63,307 nucleotides of DNA, filler included, from Octopus bimaculoides (GCF_001194135.2; 3 parts of 3 records of this genome joined end to end with filler, not necessarily neighbours in it), one strand, 5' to 3'; positions 13,208-26,165 are shown, counted from the first letter of the whole stretch. Made by a program: numbers and translations. Notes: generated by a model not told the origin, from the sequence alone.

Positions 13208-13596
13208 GTGGAGGCGCAATGGCCCAGCGGTTAGGTCAGCGGACTCGCGGTCATAAGATCGCGGTTTCGATTCCCAGACCGGGCGTTGTGAGTGTTTATT
13301 GAGCGAAAACACCTAAAGCTCCACGAAGCTCCGGCAGGGGATGGTGGCGAACCCTGCTGTATTCTTTCACCACAACTTTCTCTCACTCTTCCTGTTTTCT
13401 GTTGTGCCTGTAATTCAAAGGGTCAGCCTTGTCACACTGTGTCACGCTGAATATTCCCGAGAACTACGTTAAGAGTAAACGTGTCTGTGCAGTGCTCAGC
13501 CACTTACACGTTAATTTCACGAGCAGGCTGTTCCGTTGATCGGATGAACTGGAACCCTCGACGTCGTAAGCGACGGAGTGCCAACAAACAAACAAA
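13208..13596 (+). mobile_element. tRNA-derived SINE, family 1 (about 390 bp), full length with 12-bp TSD
   Basis: A box TGGCCCAGCGG, B box GGTTTCGATTCCC, (CAAA)n tail; TSD ACTCTATACATG at 13196-13207 and 13597-13608; second copy at 27839-28226. Confidence 0.92.
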
Positions 13597-14124
13597 ACTC
13601 TATACATGATTTTAATATTAGTGTTGGGACGGTACTTTTACTCGTGCAAATTTTTATCGTGCATAATTCTAGTACTGATATTTGTGATGTATAGAGCAAG
13701 GCTCTAATGATCTTATAAACCCTCCCACGAACAAATAGCCCACACATCTCACGCATTTTACAATAGTTTAAGCAATTTTCTTCAATTTGAAGCGAACAGC
13801 TCCGGTTTTAATCTGGAGTTATTTGAACTGAGGTCAAACTGCTTGCAACTGGTTTTTTAATGATCTAGACCAGATTACTCGAAATCTCCATGATCTCGTC
13901 TGTGCTAAGTCCAATTTAATTTGTTGTTTACATCAATGTTCTCTGATTCATGATACATTTCTATACTGTGGAATATATATAGACCATTTTGATTCGATAA
14001 GAATATATATTTACACGATTTTGAAAGCATTTAAATTGTGAGAGAGACAACATATGAATGTTAAGATATTTATATATTTCTAAATGTGTCTTTTCTCTTC
14101 TCCGTTTCTCTCTGTCTCTCTTTG

Positions 14125-14160
<36 letters not shown>

Positions 14161-14180
14161 ATTCTCTCTGTCTCTCTCTG

Positions 14181-14214
<34 letters not shown>

Positions 14215-15239
14215 ACAAGCGTTCGCTCGCGCCTTATTACACACTTATAATCGTCTTACTTTCTTCATAATTTTGTGGCCACGTACCTATGTAAGAAATT
14301 AAAATCGTTAAATTATCGAACAAAACATGCTTTGCTTATTTCTTCCAGCTTTTACGTTCTGAATTTCTTTCAAATACGTCAATGCATCTTGTTTAGATGA
14401 TTTTAACTGGAATTTATAAAAATTCGTTTTTTTTTTAAATTTTATGAATATCATCTGAGTTACTGAATTAACACTATTTAAAGAAGAATTATAAACTTAT
14501 TTTATATTAGATTGGGAGTTTTGATACAGTTCAAACCAATTTATATTCCTTTAAAACTACTTTATTTGGTTTAATACGATAAGGTCGTAGGAAACCGGTA
14601 TGAAAAACATGGTAATGATTTGATCTCCTTCAGTGCAATTACCATAAGTTGAGTCAAATTTCAAGATTTCAAGATTATGTAACTGATTGGAATCGGATTG
14701 AAGAATATTTCCGGCTAATGTGAGTTTCATTACGATATTGACAAACTGCAGCTTTTTATCATATTTATAAAATGTCTCATTTCATAAAATAGAATGTTAT
14801 TAAACAAGCCACATGTATTATGCCGAATATTTCTAAAACGAATGAATTAATGCTATACGTAATTACCACCGTATGAACTTCGTTATAAATAAACAAAAAA
14901 CTAAATAAATATGGGAATTCTATGCTTCTTTTTCCTCGTAATTCCTTCATTTCAAATTCAAATTTTGTAATCCTGCCACCTGTTATATAGAAATGATTAT
15001 CTCCCTTAAAATAGCTGCCATTGCAAGGGAAACTTTGAGTACAAAGCTTAAAACATTACAACGAATTTGGTGTCGGTAGATAGAGCTTGGAGATTAATCC
15101 ACCAAAGCCGTCAGCTAGAAAACATATGTTCGATCACTATTGATGAGGCATTTTCGATCTTCATTTGAAAAACAATTATTTCCCAACAACAGGTAGTTTG
15201 AGAATTATGTTCATTAACGGATAATAGAAAAGTTTCATC

Positions 15240-15730
15240 TTTTAGTCGAACGGGAGTGGGGGCGGTGTTGTTCAGAAAAGGCCTGGATCTCGAGATACGG
15301 TCGGTCTTCTTGGACTCGAAAGGTAGGATAGTGGTCCTGGATGTGAATGATAGCGAAGGCAGTGCCTTTAGACTGGTCGCTGTGTACGCACCGACCGGAG
15401 CGGGACAGCCGGATTTCTTTAGACATTTGAATGTCTTTCTTCGGACGTCTCGCTCTTTAGTGTTAGTGGGCGACTGGAACGCCATCTTGGATTGGGTGGG
15501 GCTAGCCGACAGGAAAGTGGGATGCGCAAGCCTCGCAAACCTACTCAGTCGTTTCCAATTGGCTGACAGATTCAGACTGGATTTAGTGAATGCTCCAATG
15601 TGGACGTGGGCAAATATCGTTGGGTCATCCAGATCTTATCTAGACAGGGTATTTTGTAGGCCAGCAGATAGGGATAGCATAGGTTGTCCACAATTTTAAC
15701 TTGTCAGCTATACGGACCAAAAATATGTTT
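15240..15730 (+). mobile_element. Tx1/L1-clade AP endonuclease fragment (isolated)
   Basis: GAVLFRK, SKGRIVVL, VAVYAP, LVGDWNAILD, MWTW and SRSYLDRVF are APE motifs; GC-rich island in AT-rich surroundings. Confidence 0.85.
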
Positions 15731-16321
15731 ATTATAATCAGATATTCTATTTGGAAAATATTGAGATTGCTGTTCTTGTTTAACTCTAGATCAGAAATGA
15801 TGACGCAGTTCCCCAAAACAAAGCTTTCTGGTCATGAGCATAGCTTTTTTTTTTTCTTTAAAATTAGGCCCAAACACAACTACGTAATCCAATGTATCAT
15901 TTCATTTTTTAAGACGGCCGAGTGTCATGTGTAAAGATTATTATGACCTGGCAGAATCTTTAGCAATGCCGGACAAACTGCTTAACGATATTTCATCGGT
16001 ATTTACCTTCTGAGTACAAATTCTGCTGCCTTTCATCCTTTTGGGGTCAATAAAATAAAGTATCAGTAGAACATTGGGGTCGAAATATTACTAGTAGCAG
16101 CCAATTGTGCAAGGAGAATATCACCACCATCACTACGAACACCACACAAATCAGTGAAATTTCGAACAAAGAAAGAGAAGGTTCAAATAGAAAAGATCCT
16201 TATTATTATTATAATTATTAGTATCCATATCTCTAGCAAACAAGAAGTCCACGTAGCGGTTTCTTGCCATGTTATCCTTGTAGTGGTGTTTACCAATTTC
16301 TGTTAATATTCTTCATTTATT

Positions 16322-16848
16322 AGGTGGCGAGCTGGCAGAAACGTTAGCACGCCGGGTAAAATGCTTAGCGGTATTTTGTCTGTCTTTTCTGTATTTCAAC
16401 TGCATAGTCAGTCCAGTCCGTTAAAGGAGCTTTCTGTGATACCCAGGAATATGCACACACACACACACACATGTATATATCTGTGTCTGTGTGCTTCTGT
16501 TTGAATTGTCTTTTAACGTTTATCATGGTTACATATTTTGCATAAACCAAGAAATGCATCTTTTCTGTATTTCAGCAATTTAGTATGACAAGATTCCTGC
16601 GTATTTTATCATCAGCCAATAAATAAATAAATAAATAAGGCAGCGAGCTGGCAGAAACGTTAGCACGCCGGGCGAAACGCTTCGTAGTGTTTCGTCTGTC
16701 TTTATGTTCTGAGTTCAAATTCCACCGATGTCGACTTTGCCTTTCGTCCTTTCAGGGTCGATAAATTTAGTACTAGTTGCGTACTGGAATCGATCTAATC
16801 GACTAACCCCTCCCCAAAATTTCGGACTTTGTGCCTAGAGTAGAAAAG
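16322..16848 (+). mobile_element. Chimeric SINE: family-2 head, about 250 bp of captured flank, then a full family-2 SINE, bounded by a 17-bp TSD
   Basis: TSD AATATTCTTCATTTATT at 16305-16321 and 16849-16865; 16385-16848 matches 4246-4820. Confidence 0.85.
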
Positions 16849-17420
16849 AATATTCTTCATTTATTTTCAGTTGAATTTCTTTCTAATCCGTCTTTTATTC
16901 CAATCAGCTCGAATAGCTATTGCAGCTTTAACCCGGCATAAACTGGAATTGGCTACACAACTGAATATCAGCAAAAGTCAAAGTTTTCGATTCCTTATTT
17001 ATATGCATATTCCGCATAAATGGTCACTTATGCATAACATATTAACATTAAGGATTTAAGCGTACCATTTATAAGATTATTATACACAAGTATACTTTGC
17101 ATATTCTATTAAGCATATTCGATTCCTATATGCTCAATTTGGATCTAATTTTACGCGTTTGTGAATTTAAAAGGGTTAAGTAACAGATATAGATAAACTT
17201 TACATACAAACTGGCAATTTAATTATTCCTGTCATTAACTAATTACTAATTAAGATGTGACAAGTATTTCGTTGATTATCAACAAAAGAAAAAGGAAGAT
17301 AACCTGAGTCACGTGCGCATCTACCTACACGCACACGCATAACACATTCACACACAGACACACATACACACATGCAAATGCAGAAAAGTACGCATATCTG
17401 AATATCTGTACATGTGTGCA

Positions 17421-17452
<32 letters not shown>

Positions 17453-17634
17453 AACACGTTTTATACATATTATGTGTACGCATGTAAGAACATATACGTA
17501 CAAGCACGAACAAAGATACACAAAGACACGCATGTGTATATACATGCATAAACACACACAAATACATACATACGTACCGTTGACTGAACACTATTCAATT
17601 TTTTTTCTCCGTGTTTTTCTCCTTGTCTCCGTAT

Positions 17635-17671
17635 TCTTTCTGTTGAAGAGCGTAGCTCGAAACGTCAAAGA
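17635..17671 (+). ncRNA. Minimal type I hammerhead-like motif with variant core
   Basis: TCTTT-CTGTTGA-A-GAGC-GTA-GCTC-GAAAC-GTC-AAAGA: perfect 5-bp stem I, 4-bp stem II, palindromic ACGT, GUC site. Confidence 0.6.
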
Positions 17672-18245
17672 CTTTCCGTATTCCCGAGCNNNNNNNNNNT
17701 ATATATATTTGCACGTATATATGTATATATATGTGTGTGTGTGTATAGCTGTTTGTATCTAACACTGCTTCGGTTGCGCATAGCAGATATATCTATGCAT
17801 GTGTGGGGGCTGGTGCGTGTGTATGTGTGTGTAACAGGAGCAGTATTAAATTCCCATAGCTATATAGCCATACAGACCCAGATCGTTTTTGTTTGGGATA
17901 ATTTTTTTTGTTCCTTTGCCGAATTCAAGCCAACGACTAACAACGTGAGAAGACGTTTTTTTGTTTAAGTGAAGGCACTTCTTGGGCTTTCTAATTATCT
18001 GAAGTGGTTTCTGTGCACAGATATATGTGTCCATGCATTTGTGTGTGCAAATATAGTTGTACACCTTAGTGAGTGTGCACGTCACTTGTTATACACATCT
18101 CTGTGTGTTTGCGCGCTTCATTACTGTCTTTGTGTGCCTGTGCGCATGTATTTCAAATGTTCATATGATTTTGTGCATATTTTTAACACAGAGACATTGC
18201 GTGGAGAATCCCTGGAATATTTAACAAATTTTCACTATCAAGTAT

Positions 18246-18660
18246 AGGCGCAGGAGTGGCTGTGTGGTAAGGAGCTAGCTTACCAACAACATGGTTCTGG
18301 GTTCAGTCCCACTGTGTGGCACTTTGGGCAAGTGTCTCCTACTATTTCCTCGGGCCGACCAAAGCCTTGTGAGTGGATTTGGTAGACGGAAACTGAAAGA
18401 AGTCCGTCGTATATATGTATATGCATATATATATATATGTGTGTGTTTTTTTGTGTGTCTTTGTTTGCCCCCCCCCCCCACATCGTTTGACAACTGATGC
18501 TGGTGTGTTTGCGTCCCCGTAACTTAGCGGTTCGGAAAATCTAACCGATGGAGTAAGTTCTAGGCTTCCAAAGAATAAGTCCTGGGGTCGATTTCCTCGA
18601 CTAAAGGCGGTGCTCCAGCATGGCCGCAGTCAAATGACTGAAACAAGTAAAAGAGTAAAG
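18246..18660 (+). mobile_element. tRNA-type SINE, family 3 (AGGCGCAGGAGTGGCTGTGTGGTAA head, internal microsatellite), full length
   Basis: A/B-box-like head, GGGCAAGTGTCT core, internal (TA)(TG) tract, AAAGAGTAAAG tail; many partial copies in the window. Confidence 0.9.
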
Positions 18661-18779
18661 TATATTTGAAGAATGTGAATCAGGTTGCTTTGTTCTCTTT
18701 TGAGAATTCCAACATATCTAAGCTTCACATTGTTGTTACGTATGTTAGCTAATATATGGCCTGGATTATAATATATGGC

Positions 18780-19420
18780 TTATAAATATATGGCCTGGAT
18801 ATAAGAGCAGTATGCTTCTCATCTGTTCTGCATTTGTTCTCGTTTACACCAAGCAGCTTATCTCTTCAATACAGTGCGTGATATCTGTGCCATGTCCTAT
18901 ACTACAATATCTGGTCTCTTGTGTCTGGAATATTCCACTAATGTCTTTTAGTTACGAACTTATAGAGGCATTCTCTGGTCCTGATGTTTGTATGGACTGT
19001 ATGGTCACCGGAACAATCTTTCCCTGTGGACAAAATTGCAGACACATTTAGCGACTCTGCTACGTCTCACGTCAAAGCAAGCTTGCGAATATCTTTGGAC
19101 AATTGCTTATTATACGGGTAATATCTTCCTTACTAGTGTTGCATAATTGACATTTATCGCAACGGGGAAATATAGCGATAGCCTGGTCTCTTTTAATGAC
19201 AAGGTATTTAGTCGCCGCCTCCTGTTCTTGGACAACAAAGGAGAAAGCTTCTTGCTGAGATGTAATATATTTAACGCAGGTCCAAGAAAAGCTACTATTC
19301 CTGTTAATGTTGTAGGACTTCTGTGCATAACTTATTTTTGATATGATGAGAATTGCTCCTCTGTTTAAATAGATTAATCCGCCCGCTTGTGGTTGATATG
19401 AAACAGTTGCATTATACTCT
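18780..19420 (-). mobile_element. R4/Dong-like LINE 3' fragment (CCHC finger plus restriction-like endonuclease)
   Basis: QEQEAATKYL...DKCQLCNTSKEDITRIISNCPK, followed by frameshifted HKRPDIVV and CIEEISC. Confidence 0.8.
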
Positions 19421-19450
19421 ATGTATATACGTATGTATGTATGAATGTAT

Positions 19451-19940
19451 GGCAAGACTTCCACCCGTCCCTCCCACCAGTAAAGAACCACCTGCTTAAA
19501 AAATCTTTTTTTTTCGAAACAAACCCTACTTTTCGGCTACGAGGAATACGAATCTGCAAAAAAAAATTAGCAAAAATAGGCATTTTTAAATTACCACCCC
19601 AACCCCCATTTCCTTCATTTTTTTACTTTTTTCAGAATTTTTTTTTTTTTTCTAAATATGCAGAAAAATACGGAAAATAATTTTAAAACATTTCTGCAGT
19701 TACGGTCAGGGTTAGGGTTTTAGGGCTAGGTTTAGGGCTTCAGGGTTAGGGTTAGGGTTGGGGGAAAAGTCAAAATTGAAGAATTTGAGGGGAAAAGGGT
19801 TGGAAATTTAACAATGCCGATTTTTGGCAATTTTCCGGAACCTCCGTATCCGAAAACGAGGGTTTTGGCAAAAGCAATTTTTAAAATAAAATAAATTTGG
19901 GAGAAAATGGGATGGGGGGACGGGCAGAAGTCTTTCCGTA
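19451..19940. mobile_element. Fold-back element with long imperfect inverted arms and central TTAGGG-like repeats
   Basis: Left end GGCAAGACTTCCACCCGTCCCTCCCA vs reverse complement of the right end GGAAAGACTTCTGCCCGTCCCCCCA; GTTAGGG repeats at about 19704-19764; sits in (TATG)n. Confidence 0.7.
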
Positions 19941-20032
19941 TGTGTGTATGTAGGTATGTATGCATGTATACATATGTGTGTATGTATTTATATATGTATG
20001 TATGTAGGCATGATTGTACGTAAATATGCAGC

Positions 20033-20066
<34 letters not shown>

Positions 20067-20243
20067 GTGGGTAATTCTGAACAAAAGCAGTACTAACACA
20101 GAGACATAAACTTGCACGTGAATGCTCGAATATGTTAACGCACAAATAGACAAATAAGCAAATATTCTGTATGTGAGCATAATATGTAAGAGCGCGCATG
20201 CGCGTGTACTTTCGTATGCGTGCGCGCGTGCGTGACTGTGTTC

Positions 20244-20276
<33 letters not shown>

Positions 20277-20624
20277 TATGTATGGGTGTGTGAGTACGTT
20301 AGACATACACTTGTTTAATTAATGTCGTTTTCAGAGAAATGTTGCACGTGATTACTCAGTTCGATAAACAAATAAAGAGACTGACAGACATACAGAGAAT
20401 CCAGAAGACGGGAATATTGGAAGCAAAGAAACGGAGAAAGAGAAAAGGGAAAGGGATAGAAAGAGAAAGAGTATACATGAGAATGAATAAGCAAATGAAC
20501 CGGAATGAATGAATGAATGAATGAATGACAAAATAAGAAAACAAGTACAGTAAAGAAAAATATAGACTACATCTGAAGACGTGCATGCGCATATAATTAC
20601 ACACACACACTGACACACACATAA

Positions 20625-20667
<43 letters not shown>

Positions 20668-21899
20668 NNNNNNNNNNNNNNNNNNNNNNNNNNNNNNNNN
20701 NNNNNNNNNNNNNNNNNNNNNNNNNNNNNNNNNNNNNNNNNNNNNNNNNNNNNNNNNNNNNNNNNNNNNNNNNNNNNNNNNNNNNNNNNNNNNNNNNNNN
20801 NNNNNNNNNNNNNNNNNNNNNNNNNNNNNNNNNNNNNNNNNNNNNNNNNNNNNNNNNNNNNNNNNNNNNNNNNNNNNNNNNNNNNNNNNNNNNNNNNNNN
20901 NNNNNNNNNNNNNNNNNNNNNNNNNNNNNNNNNNNNNNNNNNNNNNNNNNNNNNNNNNNNNNNNNNNNNNNNNNNNNNNNNNNNNNNNNNNNNNNNNNNN
21001 NNNNNNNNNNNNNNNNNNNNNNNNNNNNNNNNNNNNNNNNNNNNNNNNNNNNNNNNNNNNNNNNNNNNNNNNNNNNNNNNNNNNNNNNNNNNNNNNNNNN
21101 NNNNNNNNNNNNNNNNNNNNNNNNNNNNNNNNNNNNNNNNNNNNNNNNNNNNNNNNNNNNNNNNNNNNNNNNNNNNNNNNNNNNNNNNNNNNNNNNNNNN
21201 NNNNNNNNNNNNNNNNNNNNNNNNNNNNNNNNNNNNNNNNNNNNNNNNNNNNNNNNNNNNNNNNNNNNNNNNNNNNNNNNNNNNNNNNNNNNNNNNNNNN
21301 NNNNNNNNNNNNNNNNNNNNNNNNNNNNNNNNNNNNNNNNNNNNNNNNNNNNNNNNNNNNNNNNNNNNNNNNNNNNNNNNNNNNNNNNNNNNNNNNNNNN
21401 NNNNNNNNNNNNNNNNNNNNNNNNNNNNNNNNNNNNNNNNNNNNNNNNNNNNNNNNNNNNNNNNNNNNNNNNNNNNNNNNNNNNNNNNNNNNNNNNNNNN
21501 NNNNNNNNNTATATATATATATATATATATATATTTGTGTGTGTGTGTGTGTGTATTTAATTAGAGGATATGTTAACCTTGTGAAGGGATGGTTGCATCC
21601 GATGTAATATTGGTTCAATACCTAGTATTGTTGGGGAATGAAATTCCCTTAAAAAATAGGTGTATATTAAGCATATAGTTTATATCCAGCTAAAATAAGA
21701 GAAAAGAAAATGGAGATAAGGAAGTTAACAATTATTTATTATGAACAAATTGGTCATTTAATTGGTCATTCAATTAATACTCAATAATTTAATTACAAAT
21801 TTGTACATTAAACTTGCATTTATGTAACATGAGTTTAATTTCATCAGAGAAAAAAAATGTACCTTGGGATGTTATTTGTGGACCTATCAATTCATTTCA

Positions 21900-22290
21900 G
21901 CAGTCTGTGAGAGGATTTGGTAGAGGGAAACTGAAAGAAGCCCGTCGTATAGATATGTGTGTGTGCGTATGAGTCTGTCTCTGTGTGCGTGTGTGTCTGT
22001 CTGTGTGTGCATGTGTGTCTGTCTGTGTGTGCGTGTGTGTCTGTCTGTGTGTGCGTGCGCGTGTGTGTGTGTGTGTGTGTATGTGTGTGTGTGTTTGTCC
22101 CTCCACCAACGCTTCACAACCGATGTTGGTGCATGTACGTCCCCGTAATCAAGCGGTCTGGCAAAAGATATCGATACAATAAGTACTAGGCTTACAAAGA
22201 ATAAGTCCTGGGGGTCGATTTGTTCAATGCTAGGCGGTGCTCTAGCATTGCCGCAGTCAAATGACTGAAAATAATAAAAGAGTAAAAGAG
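21900..22290 (+). mobile_element. SINE family 3, 5'-truncated
   Basis: GATTTGGTAGAGGGAAACTGAAAGAAG...microsatellite...CAGTCAAATGACTGAAA...AAAGAGTAAAAGAG. Confidence 0.85.
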
Positions 22291-22844
22291 TATATATATA
22301 TATGTATATATATATATATACACACATAGATACATATGAAGCGCTAAGTTTGTCTGTACCTGGCAAAATTGTGAGCACACGAGCACTGTTTTCCTTGAAA
22401 TAATAAACGCTCTTCTGTTATTCTACTTAATTTTATCGAGTGACACTTCAATTAATGTTTGATTGTGTTTTATTTATATCCATACATAAAAGTATACATA
22501 CATGTGTATGCNNNNNNNNNNAGCAGCAGAAATATAACAAAAGACTGTTACTCTGAGTTTCACGTTCCCGTTCATTTATATATATTTATATATAAATGTA
22601 TATGTATGCGTGAGTGTGTGTATGTATAAATACATATATATATACATACATATGCAAACACACACATATATATACACATATTCATACAAATATATATATA
22701 TACATACACACATTCACACAGACACACACATTCACACAGACACACAGACACACACAAACCTATATATATATATATATATATTTTTTTTTTCTTTGTACTT
22801 TCAGCTCCGAGCCGTGGCCATGCTGATGCACCGACATTTTGGTA

Positions 22845-24960
22845 CAGTCTTATAACTGAGAGCCTTCTCCAATATGTGGTACTTGATGAAGAATGCTTGA
22901 ATGTAGCTACCCTCATTTGCACCTCTTGCCGTGAGGTAGGCTCATCTGGGACTCTCGACAAGAAGAGGTTCAGTCTCCATCAGTGTAGTTTTTAGGCGGG
23001 ACCTTTCGTTACTTTTGGGATATTGGTTGAGGTGATTTGCAACCTTCGTCCGTCGTCTCACGAGGATCTTCCTCTCCCTTGGAATCTTTTTCCTATTTTC
23101 TTTGGCTTTGTGCTCTGGGACATATTTCTGGCATATGGCTTGCATAACAGACATGAAATATTCTAGTTTCTTGCCAATGTCTGGTGTGGAGAGACATTTC
23201 GGCCAGTCCTGTCTGAGGATCTCTTTTTGAATCGATTTCCAGTCTGCTTTGTAGAAGTTTCGATTGGAGAGATTTCGGGTGCTTCTTTATGCTGTATGTC
23301 TCTGGCTACTTTCGGCCCAAACATAGACAGCTCTATTATGTTGTGATCTGAGACTGATGTCGGCGTCACTTTCACATCATGAACGATGTCCATGTTGTTC
23401 GTGAAGCAGAGATCCAAAATGCTATTCGCCCTAGTTGGTCTGAGTACAATTTGCTCCATCAATAGGGTATTGGTGAGGTTGAGCAGGGACGCCACCTGTG
23501 CTTGTTCGCAATGAGTCATTCCTGAGAGCATGAGGCCTTCGGGCCCTTTGACGTTGGGGAAGTTGAAATCACCCATAAGAAATACGTTCACGTGGTGTTC
23601 CAGTTTCAGAACTTCTTTAATCCTTGTGAGGCAATCTTCAAACCTGCCTATGTGTTTTGGGGCATCCGGTGAGCAATATGTATTGCATATGACTGTATTG
23701 TGCTTACTTTAGTATACAATTAGAGTATCACATATGAATATAAGTACGACAGTAAGACCTGGGGTATGATGTCATCATGGATGTATGCAGCAACTCTATC
23801 ATGGCTCCTTTCCCTTCTGTCTGTTCGCAGTATGGCATATTTTGGTACGTGTATTTCTGCATCCTCTATATCAGGGCTGAGGTGAGTTTCCACGAGTATT
23901 ATGCATAGGGCTTCATTGCATGCAGCAAGGTCTCTTAGGAAAGAAATCTTGCTTTTATTATGATGCAACAGGCCCCCAATATTTAGTAAAAATATTGGCG
24001 TTAGGGGAAGCCATCCAGTGGCTGTTGACTGTAGTGGTCTTGCGAAGTGGCGGGCAAGGTTCCTTGTTTGCGCTTGGTGTAGCCAGGTCAGCTGCTGCAC
24101 AATCTTTTGTGCCATGCACAAAAAAGGCTCTTGCTCAGCTGCTGCCTTGCGCATGACCTCTGAGGAGCGCACTTCTTTTGTATATTTTTTGTTTGGAGAC
24201 AGTTGTCTTTCGTCAGGGAAGTTTTTCTCCTTAAGGCCCCTGTAGTTTTGGTGGGGCATCGGGTGATTAAACCGGCAGTTTTTACCATTTTCCCCATGCC
24301 AGCATTTGCATTGCAGGTAAAATCTGCAGGTCCTTGAGTGCCATCCAAATTTCTTCTCTGTGGTTTTGGATTGCATTGGAACTTCCATGGGGTTTTCTGT
24401 TTTTTTGTTTGGTGGGTTAGAGTTTCGGTTTTATATTTTCCTTTTTCTTCCTCTCCTTCTTTATGTTTGTGTTCGTGTTCTGTCCTTCCTTTTCTTGTGG
24501 TGGGAATTTCTTTCCTCTGGTTGTCGAATGGGGTCAGGGCTCTGTTCCTTTGTAGGACCACTGGCACAGAAGGGATTCTGGTTGCTGCTTCCTTGGCTCC
24601 CCTATCCTTTTCTGCCTGGTCGTTCACAGGGGTGGGGGATCCATTCTTTTGAGGAACCACTGGATCAAAGAGACTTCTGGGTTTTGTTTCCTTATCTTTT
24701 TGTCTATATTTATCAGCCTTGCCAGAATAGTTTTCCATGATGACATCCAGGGTGTCAATGTGTGGTCTGATAAGCATATAGGATCGGATGAATTCATTTT
24801 TCTTCCGCTCTATCTGATCAATGGTTCTACAACGCCATTGTTTTTCTGTGCAGCAGTGATGATGTTGCTTGGCGGATCGCCGCTAGCAATCATCCATGCT
24901 CGCAACAGAAGATTCAATTCTTTCTTCTCCCACTTTGGTGCCATCTTCGTTTTCTAAGCC
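22845..24960 (-). mobile_element. CR1-like LINE, 5' portion (ORF1 with CCCH finger plus ORF2 AP endonuclease); RT absent
   Basis: ORF1 CRFYLQCKCWHGENGKNCRFNHP; APE motifs LNIGGL, LVETHL, RTDR, FLMGDFNFP, PTRANSILDLCFTN and SDHNII; frameshifted. Confidence 0.85.
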
Positions 24961-25572
24961 CAGAGGGGTGTAGAAGAGAGAGGGGACGTGAGAGATAGAG
25001 GGAGGTAGAAAAGAAGAAACACAGAGAGGGAATAGGGAAAGAGAGAGGGAGATATGAACGAAAGAGAGGGTGTAATATGAAGGAAAGAGAGGAAGTGTGG
25101 ATGTTAGCGAGACAGAGGGTGGTAGAGGAGGGGAGAGAAAGAGAGACAGAGTGAAGGAGAGGAGGGGAAGAGAAAGTGACAGAGGGAGAGGATGGGAAGA
25201 GAAAGGGAGACAGAGTGAGGGAGAGACGGGAAAGGATGAAGGATGTGAGGGAAAAGGAAGTACAATTTATCATCACGTGGTTTTTTCGACGATAACTCTA
25301 GCTTGCGCCACTGATTTTAATGCGCTATCTTAAACTTTTAGTGTAATATATTGCGTTTTTTAAACGATATATTATAGTAGACCGTTATGAAATAACCAGT
25401 ACTATCTTTTTGTCAGTTTTAGCAGATTTTTTTTCGTCGATTTAGGCAATCCCTCTTGGTTGTTTCAGGAGAACGAAAGAGCACGTCTTTCCTCAACGAA
25501 ACCGGGAGTATATATATATATATATATACACATACATACACTTATATATATACACATACACACATACATACA

Positions 25573-25606
<34 letters not shown>

Positions 25607-25711
25607 ATATANNNNNNNNNNNNNNNNNNNNNNNNNNNNNNNNNNNNNNNNNNNNNNNNNNNNNNNNNNNNNNNNNNNNNNNNNNNNNNNNNNNNNNNNN
25701 NNNNNNNNNNN

Positions 25712-25742
<31 letters not shown>

Positions 25743-26165
25743 TATATTTATCTGGAGAATGGAGCAACAAATACAAGAAGAAGCAATTCTGTTGGGCTAG
25801 TTAGCCGATGTTTTATTATGTGGAAGTTATGTAATGAGTCATTGTGGAGGTTGAGGTTATATATGTATATATATATCAGAGGTGAACACAAATTTATATT
25901 AATGTTCCTACGACCGTTTCACCATCTGGTTGTTTGGAGCCCTGCGATAAATGTTCCAAATCCATATATAAATACTCAACCACAGCGGATCCTCAATGAA
26001 CACTTTATAGTATCAAGCTACAATTAAGGCTGAGACATAGCGATGCTGATAATAAGTTGTCAGAACTCAAAATTTATAAACTTTAGAATAAAGCGTCAAG
26101 CTTTATTAACAAAGGCATAATTAACAAATGCTACAAGAACGGAAGTCATGTATTCAATTTCATTA

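Noticed and set aside
13208-13285. tRNA gene call for SINE heads
   Set aside because: The heads continue into SINE bodies with tails and TSDs; no complete cloverleaf.
14560-14600. GAAACCGGTA motif with nearby hairpins
   Set aside because: No CTGANGA-like core found upstream.
19704-19764. TTAGGG repeats as a true telomere or fusion site
   Set aside because: Short, degenerate, single orientation and enclosed in inverted arms.
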